A stretch of 64,000 nt of DNA from Eledone cirrhosa (GCA_964016885.1 OZ024743.1:87172001-87236000); one strand, 5' to 3'; counted from the stretch's first letter, positions 13,502 to 24,656 are shown. Notes: generated by a model not told the origin, from the sequence alone. Made by a program: numbers and translations.

Positions 13502-13790
13502 TTTGGGTCGATCTCGTTATAAAGAATATTTCGTTACAACGAATTTTTGAATACCTCGTGAATTTCGTTATAACGGAATTTTTACTGTATATATATATAG
13601 TTAAATTCCATTATAACGAAATTCACGAGGTATTAAAAAATTAGTTGTGACGAAAAATTCTTTATAACGAGATCTTTATAACGGAATTTTTACTGAATAT
13701 ATGCAGTAAAATTCTGTTATAACGAAATTCACGAGGTATTAAAAAATTCGTTGTAACGAAAAATTCTTTATAACGAGATCGACCCAACAC
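13499..13790. mobile_element. Cluster of pogo/Tigger-like MITE ends in inverted arrangement
   Basis: Repeated cagtaaaattccgttataacgaaattcacg termini in both orientations; the same family occurs at 15217-15388 and 30860-30942. Confidence 0.6.
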
Positions 13791-13901
13791 ATTGAGCTTG
13801 TTACTTTCTTTCTCCCCCCCTCCCTTCTACAGGCCAGTTCTGCTTACAGTGCCACTGTTCTTCCTTTCTCGCGACGACTTGAGATCGATTGGACACACTC
13901 C

Positions 13902-14034
<133 letters not shown>

Positions 14035-14339
14035 CTGTCCCAACACAAACATTATACCAACGAAAATATTTATTTCTCCGTTGTTACGAGCCACCTATTC
14101 TTCGCAGTAATTTCAGGTAAATCGTTGAAACTGCAGGTGGTCTGAAATCTGATAAGTGTATTTTAGTGTTTGGGTTCTCTTCTCATCCATTCTATTTCTT
14201 GCTTCCTATCAATCCTTCGAGTCAACTCACTTTGAGCCGCTGATTTCTGTCCTTCGAGGTAATGTTTTACCCAACGCTCTTTCGACGGCATTTTGGTGTT
14301 TTAACAGCTTCCTTACGCCGAGTTTTTCCATTTCCCTAC

Positions 14340-14387
<48 letters not shown>

Positions 14388-14390
<3 letters not shown>

Positions 14391-14636
14391 GAATTAATAT
14401 CTAGTAGCATATATATACATACAGATGCATATCAATGCTAGCAAATATATAGGTTTTGTCTTAGTAACATTGTGGTTCAATGCATGGGGTTGCAGAACAA
14501 TAATATTTACGTCTCTCATATTATTGTTCTGCAACCCCATGCATTGAACCACAATGTTACTAAGACAAAACCTATATATTTGCTTGCATTGATATGCATC
14601 TGTATGTATATATATGCTACTAGATATTAATTCTTT
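14388..14636. repeat. Near-perfect inverted repeat, ~120-bp arms
   Basis: aagaattaatatctagtagc...gcagaacaataatat mirrored by atattattgttctgc...gctactagatattaattctt with a short spacer. Confidence 0.92.
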
Positions 14637-14906
14637 ATAATTATCTCCAAATTATTTGTCGAGCAATATTGGCCATGACTGCTGCTATGGTAGTAGGAAG
14701 GCCGCTGTCTTATTAACAAACCACTTTCCACTGATTGACCTCGATGTCACGTGATTGATTCTTTTTGAATTTGCCGCAGACGTAGAGGCAGTGATTTTCT
14801 CAATGGCTAGGAATTCAGTCCACGCTTTGCTATTTCCTATCCACTGAATTATTTTTTAATGAGTTTCCAGTGTCCTCGCCTTGCCTGGAAACTCGGATGA
14901 AAACAG

Positions 14907-14988
14907 ACTTTCCTGATGACAGAATGCTTTTCTATATTTTCTTTGGAAAATATATTTACTCCATTCCAGAAACTAATTAGTTGGAAGT
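14907..14988 (+). ncRNA. Candidate type I hammerhead ribozyme
   Basis: actttc-CTGATGA-(gaatg...cattc stem II)-GAAA-ctaattag-TT-ggaagt; stem I 6 bp with one G-U, palindromic stem III. Confidence 0.6.
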
Positions 14989-15151
14989 GATATTTTAGTA
15001 AGTAAGTTAATTTTATAATTTTCTTATTTTACGTCCCTCATATATATATATATATATATATATGTTAACTATTTTCCCATTTTGACGCTATAGTCACTTA
15101 TATATTATGGAATACTGTTGGCTTCTTGCTGCAATAATTTCTATACTTTTC

Positions 15152-15216
<65 letters not shown>

Positions 15217-15218
<2 letters not shown>

Positions 15219-15388
15219 TAAAATCCCGTTATAATGAATACCAGTATAACAAATCTTTCAGTATAACGACATTTTTTCAAACCCCGGCCACAAGCTCGAT
15301 AGATCTCCATCGATCTCGTTATAACATTTTTTCGTTACAACGAATTTTTTTTATATCCCGTGAATTTCGTTATAACGGAATTTTACTG
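15217..15388. mobile_element. pogo/Tigger-like MITE
   Basis: TIRs agtaaaatcccgttataa / ttataacggaattttactg in TA context. Confidence 0.65.
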
Positions 15389-15529
15389 TATATATATACA
15401 CTAATTCAAGAGTAATAACTTGTCTAGACAAATGTAATGTATTCATATTATCCGTGTTTGTACGATTATATAGGTGCAATGACATAAGATCTGAGAGTTA
15501 AAGTTGTTAGAAGATCGATTCTTACATCC

Positions 15530-15567
<38 letters not shown>

Positions 15568-15810
15568 ACATAAATGCATTGCCAAAGAAAAACACGCATA
15601 ACGTAGATACATTTGTCTAGACAATGTCTTAACCTTGAATTATTGTGTTCTTAAATTTTATATTAGTAAAGCTGACTTTAAGTTCTAACAGTGATTATCT
15701 TTATCACTTTGGTTAATCTATACTTTTGTCAGACAATAGGATTAATAATTTTACGTATTAATCAATATTTTAATCTATGTATATATATATATATATATAT
15801 ATATGAAAAA

Positions 15811-15914
15811 GTATGACCCCGACGGCAGAGCTCAAGCCGTTTCGACGGCTATTTCTGGACTAAATTAGAATTTTTAGCCTGGTGAATAAATAGCCGAACT
15901 TATCAAGGGGGTAC
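15811..15914 (-). ncRNA. Candidate type I hammerhead, U3-A8 core; mirror copy 16992-17095 (+)
   Basis: cccc-TTGATAA-g.cggctattt...aaatagccg.c-GAAA-cggc ttgagctct gccg-TC-gggg. Confidence 0.7.
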
Positions 15915-16606
15915 TTCCTTATATGGGATGATTGTAGTTGTCAAGAGGATTGGTTAAAATTTGTTGTAAACACAAATAAGTCTATCATGGAATTTGGTGG
16001 GAGGTAGGGGTGGCTGAACTTGCCTGTAGAACAATAGGGGAGTGAGTGGAGCGGTCAAGCGTTGAAAGTGATAAGTATACAGCAGATTCTAAGGATAGTG
16101 TATGAAGTGGAGGAGGGAGGTTATAGAATAGGTAAATCGAATGAGAGTAGGAGACAATAAAAGGTAATAGAAATAAAAAAAAATATATAAAATTAGATAG
16201 TGGGAAATGAATAAAAAATTCACAATGCTATCTTACAATTACAGGTTAATAAGTTGAGAATAGAAAAAACTTGTAGAAATTGAGTAGTACCAAAATTGAT
16301 ACAAAAATAAAAGGTGTTTAACATGTCTGCTATAAGTAGTTAGTAAAACGTATTCGGCCAATCCTATCTTAAAATTACAGGGGTGGGGCAACTGATGCTA
16401 CAGAGGCCCGATGGGCTGCATCGAGGTAGGCGAAAGGGGAAAAGCAGACGAGGAAGAAAATAGGGGGTGGAAGGAAGTGATAGGATGAGACAGGGGGAAG
16501 AAGAAGACAATGAGGAAAAGAAAAGAAAAGAAAAGAGATACATCTACCTATGTAAGCTGGGGTTTCCCCTAACTTATTCGGCAAGTGGGCGGGTATCAGC
16601 CCTTGT

Positions 16607-16948
16607 CTACCCACCCGGGTCGTTATGGGGTTTGAGGGCGAGGTAAGTCCTACGCAATCTGTGTTTGCATGCGGTTACCAGTTCGTCTTTCTTGTTTAGA
16701 AGTTGGTCCTTCGAAAACAGCATTTGTAATGTTTCCTCCGAGCATAAGTTACACGGACGGCGTCCTCCCGTGTAAGAGTTAGCGCTGGACAGTAAGCTCC
16801 AAGTGAGATTGTAGGTTATATTATTATCTTGGAGGTCCCAGATGTGGCCCGAAAGTGTAGTGGCATGTCGCCGGACCGGGTTTCGGAAAGTATGTCGGTG
16901 TTGGTAGAGCCGGGTCTTGAAGTCACACGCAGTTAATCCTATATAAGC
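16607..16948 (-). pseudogene. PLE GIY-YIG endonuclease C-terminal fragment (not in ORF track)
   Basis: Manual translation: AYIGLTACDFKTRLYQHRHTFRNPVRRHATTLSGHIWDLQDNNITYNLTWSLLSSANSYTGGRRPCNLCSEETLQMLFSKDQLLNKKDELVTACKHR...stop. Confidence 0.85.
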
Positions 16949-17141
16949 TTAACCAATCCTCTTGACAACTACAATCTTCCCATATAAGGAAGTACCCCCT
17001 TGACAAGTTCGGCTATTTATTCACCAGGCTAAAAATTCTAATTTAGTCCAGAAATAGCCGTCGAAACGACTTGAGCTCTGCCGTCGGGGTCATACTTTTT
17101 CCCATTTCCCACTCTACTACTCTAAGTATTGAGTACCTTTG

Positions 17142-17213
<72 letters not shown>

Positions 17214-17304
17214 CCAAAGATTAATATGATTCATTGATTACTCAATGAATATAGTTTTACAATAGTTTATAAGCACTCTACAAAGAAGTTTTCTGGAGTT
17301 AGTA

Positions 17305-17610
17305 ATACTATTCAAAATATTAATAAATGAATACGTTCACATAATCAAAATATATATTTCGGAGGTACTGTGCTGTTTTTTCAGTATGCCCTCATCAGAT
17401 AAAATATATGAATTGATGTATGACATACCTCAACTGTCTTGATGGTTCAATTCCAGTCTTGATATTATTTGACTATCAAGACGGTTGAGGTATGTCATAC
17501 ATCAATTCATATATTTTATCTGATGAGGGCATACTGAAAAAACAGCACAGTACCTCCGAAATATATATTTTGATTATGTGAACGTATTCATTTATTAATA
17601 TTTTGAATAC
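17305..17610. repeat. Near-perfect palindrome, ~150-bp arms, with CTGATGA...GAAA motif
   Basis: tattcaaaatattaataaatg...ctgtcttgat mirrored by atcaagacgg...catttattaatattttgaata. Confidence 0.9.
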
Positions 17611-17612
17611 TA

Positions 17613-17665
<53 letters not shown>

Positions 17666-17751
17666 GTAGGAGGTGAGTTTTATTGTAGTACAATAAAGCA
17701 ATGCAGATATCGGATAAAAAGCACTCTACAGTTTGTAGGACTGGAGTATAC

Positions 17752-18080
17752 ATAATATATAAGATCAAAATATGGTTAAATGAGTTCCATGTATTTTATT
17801 ATGCGCATTTCAAAAACAAATATCATCATGCAATAACATTTGTGTTTTCATCAGATAAAATATGAGGACATGATATGAAGGTTAAAAACACTTGTGGATA
17901 GTGCAGTTTTAAATAAACATATATGTTGATTTAAAACTGCACTATCCACCAGTGTTTTTAACCTTCATATCATGTCCTTATATTTTATCTGATGAAAACA
18001 CAAATGTTATTGCATGATGATATTTGTTTTGAAATGCGCATAATAAAATACATAGAACTCATTTAACCATCTTTTGATCT

Positions 18081-18090
<10 letters not shown>
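17752..18090. repeat. Near-perfect palindrome, ~165-bp arms
   Basis: Centre near aacatatatgtt (~17921); a single-arm copy occurs at ~36105-36272. Confidence 0.92.
17981..18050 (+). ncRNA. Type I hammerhead ribozyme candidate; mirror 17792-17862 (-)
   Basis: tattttat-CTGATGA-aaac..caaat...atttg.ttt-GAAA-tgcgca-TA-ataaaata: 8-bp stem I, full core, palindromic stem III. Confidence 0.78.
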
Positions 18091-18132
<42 letters not shown>

Positions 18133-18164
18133 GTATATATACTGTATATATAATAATTATAATA

Positions 18165-19052
18165 ATGATTTCTTTATCAACCACAAGGGTTTACATAAAG
18201 TAGACATTAAGGACAATACAGGGCGGTACAAATGGGCATTTCTACATGTAAAAACAAAAACAGAGGATGTAACAAAAAAATAACAATGAAAAATTCCCCA
18301 ATAGGGGGGAGACTTCGGAGCGACATTTGTGGAGAAAGCCCAGTAAAAGGCCACAGTGACCCTGACCACTAAGGCAAGTGCCCTCTCCCAGTTTTCCACC
18401 TTTAATTTACAGATACGTACTCAGAGTAGGCCCATTCACTCGGGCCATTCTTGCTTCTCTCACCCATCTTTCAACAAAATGCTGGGAAGAGAGCACTTCC
18501 CTCTCTACTCTGATTTTCCTTTTCAAATGAAATTTGAAAAAGTCAATCAGGGCATCACCGAAGAGGTAAGTGCTCGTCTTCAGCCCTTTCAAACGTGTCC
18601 ACCATACTATCTCTTTCGCCATAGCCACCAGACAGATAAAAACTGCCTGCCCTTCCCGGCTAAAGGAAGAGGGCGGGGCAATCCTCACGATGGACTCAGA
18701 TGTTAGCCGGATCCGTCCTACACGCGACAGCAGGTGTTCGACATAAACCCACAAGTCAGCAATTCTCGGACACTGGACGAGTGCGTGCAGGACGGTTTCG
18801 TCGCCCTACGCGCACCTCGGACATGCCCGACTGACGGCACCTCCATGCCTGTAGAGTTTATCCCGAACTGGCAAAGCTCCTGCCAGGCCAGAGATTTCTG
18901 GAAGTTTCCATAGGTCCCGGCCCGAAAGTTCTTCCGAAGAGATTGGCTAGTTGATTTTCGTCGACGCCTAGAGTTTCCCCAAGTACGTCGTCGCTCTTCC
19001 CCTCCACTAATCCTCTATAGAACGCCGAGGTGGAGTTTCCACCGATCACATT
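18165..19052 (-). mobile_element. 5'-truncated second copy of the Tx1 LINE (3' end)
   Basis: Highly similar to 4490-5379. Confidence 0.92.
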
Positions 19053-19105
19053 CATTTCAACAAACTTTCCAGTTAACTAACATCAATGACTGAGACTCAA
19101 AGAAC

Positions 19106-19164
<59 letters not shown>

Positions 19165-19167
<3 letters not shown>

Positions 19168-21474
19168 AATAGTTAAGGAGCCAGAAAAGATACCATCATG
19201 GCTAGTTAACGGCATTACATTCCTGCTACCGAAGAATGATGAGACAAACAATCCCAAAAATTACAGACCGATAACCTGCTTGACCACAATGTATTAAATT
19301 TTAACATCAGTCCTAACTGAATACACATATGACCACCTGATAACAAATGACCTATTTCCCATTGAGCAGAAAGGGTGTAAACGAGGCTCATATGGCTGTA
19401 AGGATCAGCTTCTGGTTAACAAAATGATACTGGAAGATTGTCATAATAGACACAAAAATCTATCGATTGCTTGGATAGATTATAAAAAAGCATTTGATAG
19501 TTTGCCACACAGTTGGATTGAAAAATGTTTAGAGATTTTCAAAATATCCCCCGTTGTCAGGAGGTTTTTGTCATTCAGTATGAGGACATGGAGAACGACA
19601 CTCCTTTTGAATAGTGAAACAAAATCACTGGAAGCTGGAGAAGTTAACATTAATTGTGGAATTTTTCAGGGTGACTCTTTATCACCGCTTTTATTCGGCA
19701 TCGCACTTATACCATTAAGTAAAATGCTCAATGAAACAAAACATGGATATAGAGTCTATGACAAAACCATTAATCACCTGTTCTACATGGATGACCTGAA
19801 ACTATTTGCAAAAAATGATGAACAATTGCAAGGGCTATTATCCACTGTGAAGCAGTTCAGTGATGACATTAAAATGGAGTTTGGACTGGATAAATGCGCC
19901 AAAGCAACGTTCACCAGAGGAAAGCTGCTGAAGAGTTCAGACATTAATCTTGATCGGGGGAACGTGATAAGAGAGCTTGATCAAGAACAAACTTACAAAT
20001 ATCTAGGTGTTTGTGAAGGAGACGGAATCAAGCACTCGACAATGAGGGAAAGGATAAGGAAGGAATGTTACCGCAGAGTCAGAGCAATCTTAAGAACGGA
20101 ATTGAATGCAAGGAATAGGATCGATGCCATAAACACGCTTGCCATACCAGTAGTAACCTACAGTTACAATGTCATCAACTGGTCAAGCACAGAGATCCGT
20201 AGGCTCGATACAAAAATCCGAAAATTCTTAACCATGCACAGAATGCATCACCCTAAGGCAGACATAGATAGAATATATCTCCCTAGGAAAGAAGGAGGAC
20301 GTGGGTTAATCCAGTTAGACATTGCGTTGAAAACTGCAACAATTGGATTATCCACATATCTAAGGGAATCACATGATTGGATGATCAAACTCGTTTTGAA
20401 ACACGAAAGCACCAAAAGATCATATTCCATTACAAAAGATGCACAAAGATACAGTAATGGACTACAAATTTCAGAAGTCCCATTTACTGCTGAAATGGAA
20501 AACACAGAAAAAGCAAAGCAGGTAAAAGTAACTGCAAAGAAAGAACTGCTACAGAAACTGGCTAAGAAATGGCAAGAAAAGCCTCTGTATGGAAAATACC
20601 CAGAGCGAGCTAACAATCCTGATGTTGACAAAACTTTAACCCATCAGTGGTTGGCATCCTCTGGACTGAAATCGGAGACTGAAGGACTGATTATATCCGC
20701 ACAAGATCAGTGTCTGCCAACAAAAAATTACCAAGCCAACATAATAAAAAATGGGTGCAGCCCATTATGCCGTGTATGCAAAAAACAACCAGAGACCATT
20801 GACCATATAATTTCAATGTGCAGTCCTATAGCTCCAACCGAATACCTAAACAGGCATGACAGAGCTGCACAATACATACATTGGATAATGTGTAAGCATT
20901 TTGACCTGCCCCATCAAAAGAATTGGTGGGAGCATCAACCACCTCCCATACTTGAAAAAGATCACATCTCAATCTTGTGGAACTTTAGCATCCAAACAGA
21001 CCGAAAAATAGATGCAAATAGACCTGATATAATATTGAAGGACTTTCAAAGGAGGGTATGCCTGCTAATTGATATGTCTGTTCCAATAGACAAGAATGTA
21101 TCTATAAAAACATTTGAAAAATTGAGCAAGTATAAGGACCTGGAGATAGAAATTGGAAAAATGTGGAAATTGAGAACTAAAACAATACCAGTGGTTGTAG
21201 GCGCTCTGGGAATGATACCTAAGGGGTCTAACGACTACTTATCGCAAATCCCAGGAAACCCGCGTATAGGAGAAATACAAAAGATAGTACTAATGGGAAC
21301 TGCCCATATACTAAGGAAGATCCTGTCAATATAAGTACATCACAAGTCTAAACACTAAGGATGCATGTGTGAATATGTGTGTTCTTTCTTGAACATGGCG
21401 GACCTTGTTGTCTCTTGAGGTCACTGGTTGTGACTTGGTGATAACTCGTATAAACATAAAGCAAGATAAATGCA

Positions 21475-21476
<2 letters not shown>
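19165..21476 (+). mobile_element. 5'-truncated R4/Dong-type non-LTR retrotransposon in (TAA)n
   Basis: RT + CCHC + RLE ORF; (TAA)n on both sides (19106-19164 and 21476-21515), the known target of Dong-type elements. Confidence 0.88.
19424..21334 (+). CDS. R4/Dong-like RT-RLE polyprotein, partial (636 aa open; upstream frame has one stop near 19295)
   Basis: WIDYKKAFDS, GIFQGDSLSPLLF, HLFYMDDLK, YKYLG, GGRGL, CRVC..ETIDHIISMC, RHD, NRPDII..D, K..KYKDL. Confidence 0.9.
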   Translation: MILEDCHNRHKNLSIAWIDYKKAFDSLPHSWIEKCLEIFKISPVVRRFLSFSMRTWRTTLLLNSETKSLEAGEVNINCGIFQGDSLSPLLFGIALIPLSKMLNETKHGYRVYDKTINHLFYMDDLKLFAKNDEQLQGLLSTVKQFSDDIKMEFGLDKCAKATFTRGKLLKSSDINLDRGNVIRELDQEQTYKYLGVCEGDGIKHSTMRERIRKECYRRVRAILRTELNARNRIDAINTLAIPVVTYSYNVINWSSTEIRRLDTKIRKFLTMHRMHHPKADIDRIYLPRKEGGRGLIQLDIALKTATIGLSTYLRESHDWMIKLVLKHESTKRSYSITKDAQRYSNGLQISEVPFTAEMENTEKAKQVKVTAKKELLQKLAKKWQEKPLYGKYPERANNPDVDKTLTHQWLASSGLKSETEGLIISAQDQCLPTKNYQANIIKNGCSPLCRVCKKQPETIDHIISMCSPIAPTEYLNRHDRAAQYIHWIMCKHFDLPHQKNWWEHQPPPILEKDHISILWNFSIQTDRKIDANRPDIILKDFQRRVCLLIDMSVPIDKNVSIKTFEKLSKYKDLEIEIGKMWKLRTKTIPVVVGALGMIPKGSNDYLSQIPGNPRIGEIQKIVLMGTAHILRKILSI

Positions 21477-21518
<42 letters not shown>

Positions 21519-21987
21519 TGACGATTTGTTATGTCTTCATTACTTTTATTGAGTAATGAGGCGCGTTTTGCAATTGATCAGCTCAAGGTTCGATCTGTAT
21601 CGATCTAGCCCGACTCTGGAATCAAAAGCTCCTCGGACCTCTGTTGCGGCAATTACAGTAACTGGACGTTACAATCCCTATATATATATATATGGGGGGG
21701 GGGGGTAATGAACAAACTTTTTCTCGAAGAAATATTTTTCGATTCTGCCCTAGCTCACTTTCCTTTATTTTTCTATTTTTTCTTTAATTTCTTATTTTAT
21801 TTTTTTATGAAAGACTAGTGCCTGAAACGTTACGACTTTTCCTACTATATTAAGCATGAAACTAATATATATCTTGATTGAACTTCATCGTCTGTTGTGT
21901 TTTTCCACTTACCTTTCATACAAACACACATGTATGTATGTATGTATGTATGTATGTATGTATGTATCTATGTATGTATGTATGTAT

Positions 21988-22525
21988 GTCGGGTCACTCT
22001 TGAGTGCTACTGGTAACATGTAACCCAGTACAGCCTGTCGCATGGTCGGGTCGTAGGCGACTAAACCACCAACCCCACCAAGTTTACTTGGTGAGGAGGG
22101 TGATTTTGGACACCCTGCAGGACAAAAAACAAAACCTGACGAAGGGCGGAAGAACTCATAAGAGTCAACGGCCATCCAACAGTGTGTAAATATGTATATA
22201 CACATGTACCGCGCGGTTAAACCACTGGGAGTGAAGGACCCCTAGCCTTTGTCAGGGCATTCTTCTAGGAGAAGGCAACTCAGGAAACTGGGATAACTCC
22301 GATATAAAACCTGCAGCTCAGTAGTTACCGATGATGTTGATCTTTTCTTATTTTCGAGTTATAGCTACTGTCGCTCAGAGAGTGGGATTGGCTCAGTGCA
22401 CAGTCTTTCCTCATTTTAAAAAATATCTTCACGCACAGACATTGCACGATAGAATTAATTGATAATTATTAATAATGTTATATCATGCACTGGCCATACT
22501 CGATAACGAGGGGGCAGCCATCATG
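21988..22525 (+). mobile_element. ~540-bp non-autonomous RTE-related element in (TATG)n
   Basis: Near-identical copy at 41641-42240; contains ctaggagaaggcaactc...aaacc resembling RTE 5' UTRs and ends gggggcagccatc-(atgt)n. Confidence 0.65.
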
Positions 22526-22569
22526 TATGTATGTATGTATGTATGTAGGTATGTATGTACGTATGTATG

Positions 22570-23018
22570 TATGTATAAACATACATCTATGAGTAAAACT
22601 GACTTGCTTTAGTCGCTTTAGCTTATATCCCCCTGGTATGGCGCCGTTGCAGTAACTGGTCTTAATGATTATATATATACTCTGATATAAGGACAAACTG
22701 AAGCACAATCTTAAGTCTGTCAACGTACCTCTTTCTTCGTTTAAAGCCATAATTCCAACCGTAAAAGATGAAGAACTGTCTGTCACGAAGGTATAAAGAA
22801 CTTTGAGAAATCTCGTTTAGCCCGCCTCTGTGAGATAAGATCTGACACCAGAGTCCGGTCAGGTATTCCAGCCTGTTCTGTTCAAGATCCTGTCACTAAA
22901 TGCGAATTGATGTGTAAATCAGCAGCTGGATTGATGTGCCATTTGAGACATAAACAAAACAATGAACTGAAAAGACTGTTGAACCCTCTTCAGTCGAATT
23001 GACGGGAGAGTCCATCAT

Positions 23019-23020
<2 letters not shown>
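22570..23020 (+). mobile_element. RTE-type LINE 3' remnant
   Basis: Degenerate YKDKLKHNLK and CKSAAGLMCHLRHK (C2H2-like) reading; gacgggagagtccatcatca tail. Confidence 0.55.
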
Positions 23021-23071
<51 letters not shown>

Positions 23072-23111
23072 AAAGAACACAAGAGCGTCTACAACATCAA
23101 AAGATTTGTAT

Positions 23112-23160
23112 TGGCTTACAATGTTTCTTACTTACGTAACCGTAGGATTCGTCAGAGCTA
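23112..23160 (-). ncRNA. Candidate minimal type I hammerhead
   Basis: gct-CTGACGA-atcc tacg gtta cgta agtaa-GAAA-cattg-TA-agc. Confidence 0.5.
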
Positions 23161-23295
23161 TAAAAGGGGTTTCATTGGGGTTATGGACTCTACCAACCAT
23201 ATATACGGCTCTGCTCCAAAGCATAGAGCTAATTATTATGCTGCCAATACCTTAATGGGACACGGGTGTACAATACCTAACTCCTATTAACCTAA

Positions 23296-23352
<57 letters not shown>

Positions 23353-23429
23353 CCCCCACCAAAAATCACATCGCCATACACCCTTCATCTTTGCAACATT
23401 GGGTTCTATATATATATATATGCATGTAC

Positions 23430-23471
<42 letters not shown>

Positions 23472-23624
23472 AAGTTTAGAACACGGTGGGTGAAGTTTGG
23501 AATTTGGTGTCAACGTTCAATTTATTTCAATAGAAAGTCTGAATTTTGACACCTCAGCACGACATCAACCATACTTACTGAACCAGAAATATCCCCCTCC
23601 CTCCCATTTCTTGGCCATTATCTT

Positions 23625-23810
23625 GGTGGATTGGCAGTATCGGTAGAGGGTCGGACGCCATGCTTTCCAGCATAGTTACGTCCCTTTACCATCTGAGTTC
23701 AAATCCCGCCGAGGTTGACTTTGCCTTTCATCCTTACGGGGTCGATAAAATAAAGTACCAGTAATGCACTGGTAATTGCTGGCCTTGTGCCTAAAGTAGA
23801 AACAATTATC
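23625..23810 (+). mobile_element. Abundant tRNA-derived SINE (representative copy)
   Basis: B-box gagttcaaatccc, central gactttgcctttcatccttacggggtcgataaaataaagtaccag, tail ggccttgtgcctaaagtagaaacaatt. Other copies near 24385(+), 31385, 37857, 38060, 46250, 47405, 47620, 47885, 55075, 58315, 58980, 59170 (-), 49110 and 63360 (+). Confidence 0.88.
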
Positions 23811-23899
23811 TTTTGTTTAGCACAAACCCTTCTATGACAAACCATCCTTTTCTGGGACCTATATTATATGGCCAATCATGTGACTGGGAAAATTTCAAT

Positions 23900-24330
23900 A
23901 AAGAACCCTCAAACACGAACTGGCGCAAAATTTGATGTACTTATTCACATGACAGTCATTAACCAACCAAATTACACTTATAAAAAAAACAAAACAATTT
24001 GAGCTACATTTTTTAAGGCAAATACAATAAGAACTTTGGAACGCGAGCTGGCACGAAATTTATTGTACTTATACACGTGACAGCCATCAACCAACCAAAT
24101 TATTATGTTTTTTTAAAACCCAGCAATTCGAGCCACTCTTTCACGTAAAACAGAAAGAATTTTCGAACACGAACCAGATACGAGACAAACCACAAACCCT
24201 CCATCTCAATTCTACTTTTGAAAAGCATAAGAACTGTGAAACCGATAAAGGTAATAAATAAATATTCTTAAAAAGTCTCTAGTTGCATTTTCGATTTCTT
24301 TTCCTTATACTCTCACCCGTTTTGTATTTT
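23900..24330 (+). mobile_element. PLE pseudo-LTR remnant related to 12950-13424 and 35574-35855
   Basis: Shares the duplicated tggcgcaaaa...cacatgac...accaa..gagccac unit and ccatctcaattctacttttgaaaagcataagaactgtgaaaccgataaagg. Confidence 0.65.
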
Positions 24331-24612
24331 AAAAAACTTCATTTTCTTATATATATATATATATATATATTATTATTATTCTTGCCATTCTGCGTTCAAA
24401 TCCCGCCGAGGTTAACTTTGCCTTTCATCCTTACGGGGTCGATAAAATAAAGTACCAGTAATGCTCTGTGTAATTGCTGGCCTTGTGCCAAAAGTAGAAA
24501 CAATTATTATTATTATTCATTATTATTATTATTATTATTAGTAGTAGTAGTAGTAGTAGTATATAATCCTTATCGAGCCCTCTTCAGAGAGTTTGGTCTT
24601 CATAATTATTAT

Positions 24613-24656
<44 letters not shown>

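Larger units (their letters stand above)
15805..17100 (-). mobile_element. 5'-truncated Penelope-like element (Naiad-like endonuclease) with inverted pseudo-LTR
   Basis: 15805-15956 mirrors 16949-17100; a GIY-YIG fragment lies between them. Confidence 0.85.

Noticed and set aside
15960-16600. SECIS element in the Naiad-like 3' UTR
   Set aside because: No AUGA/GA kink-turn with apical AA found by eye.
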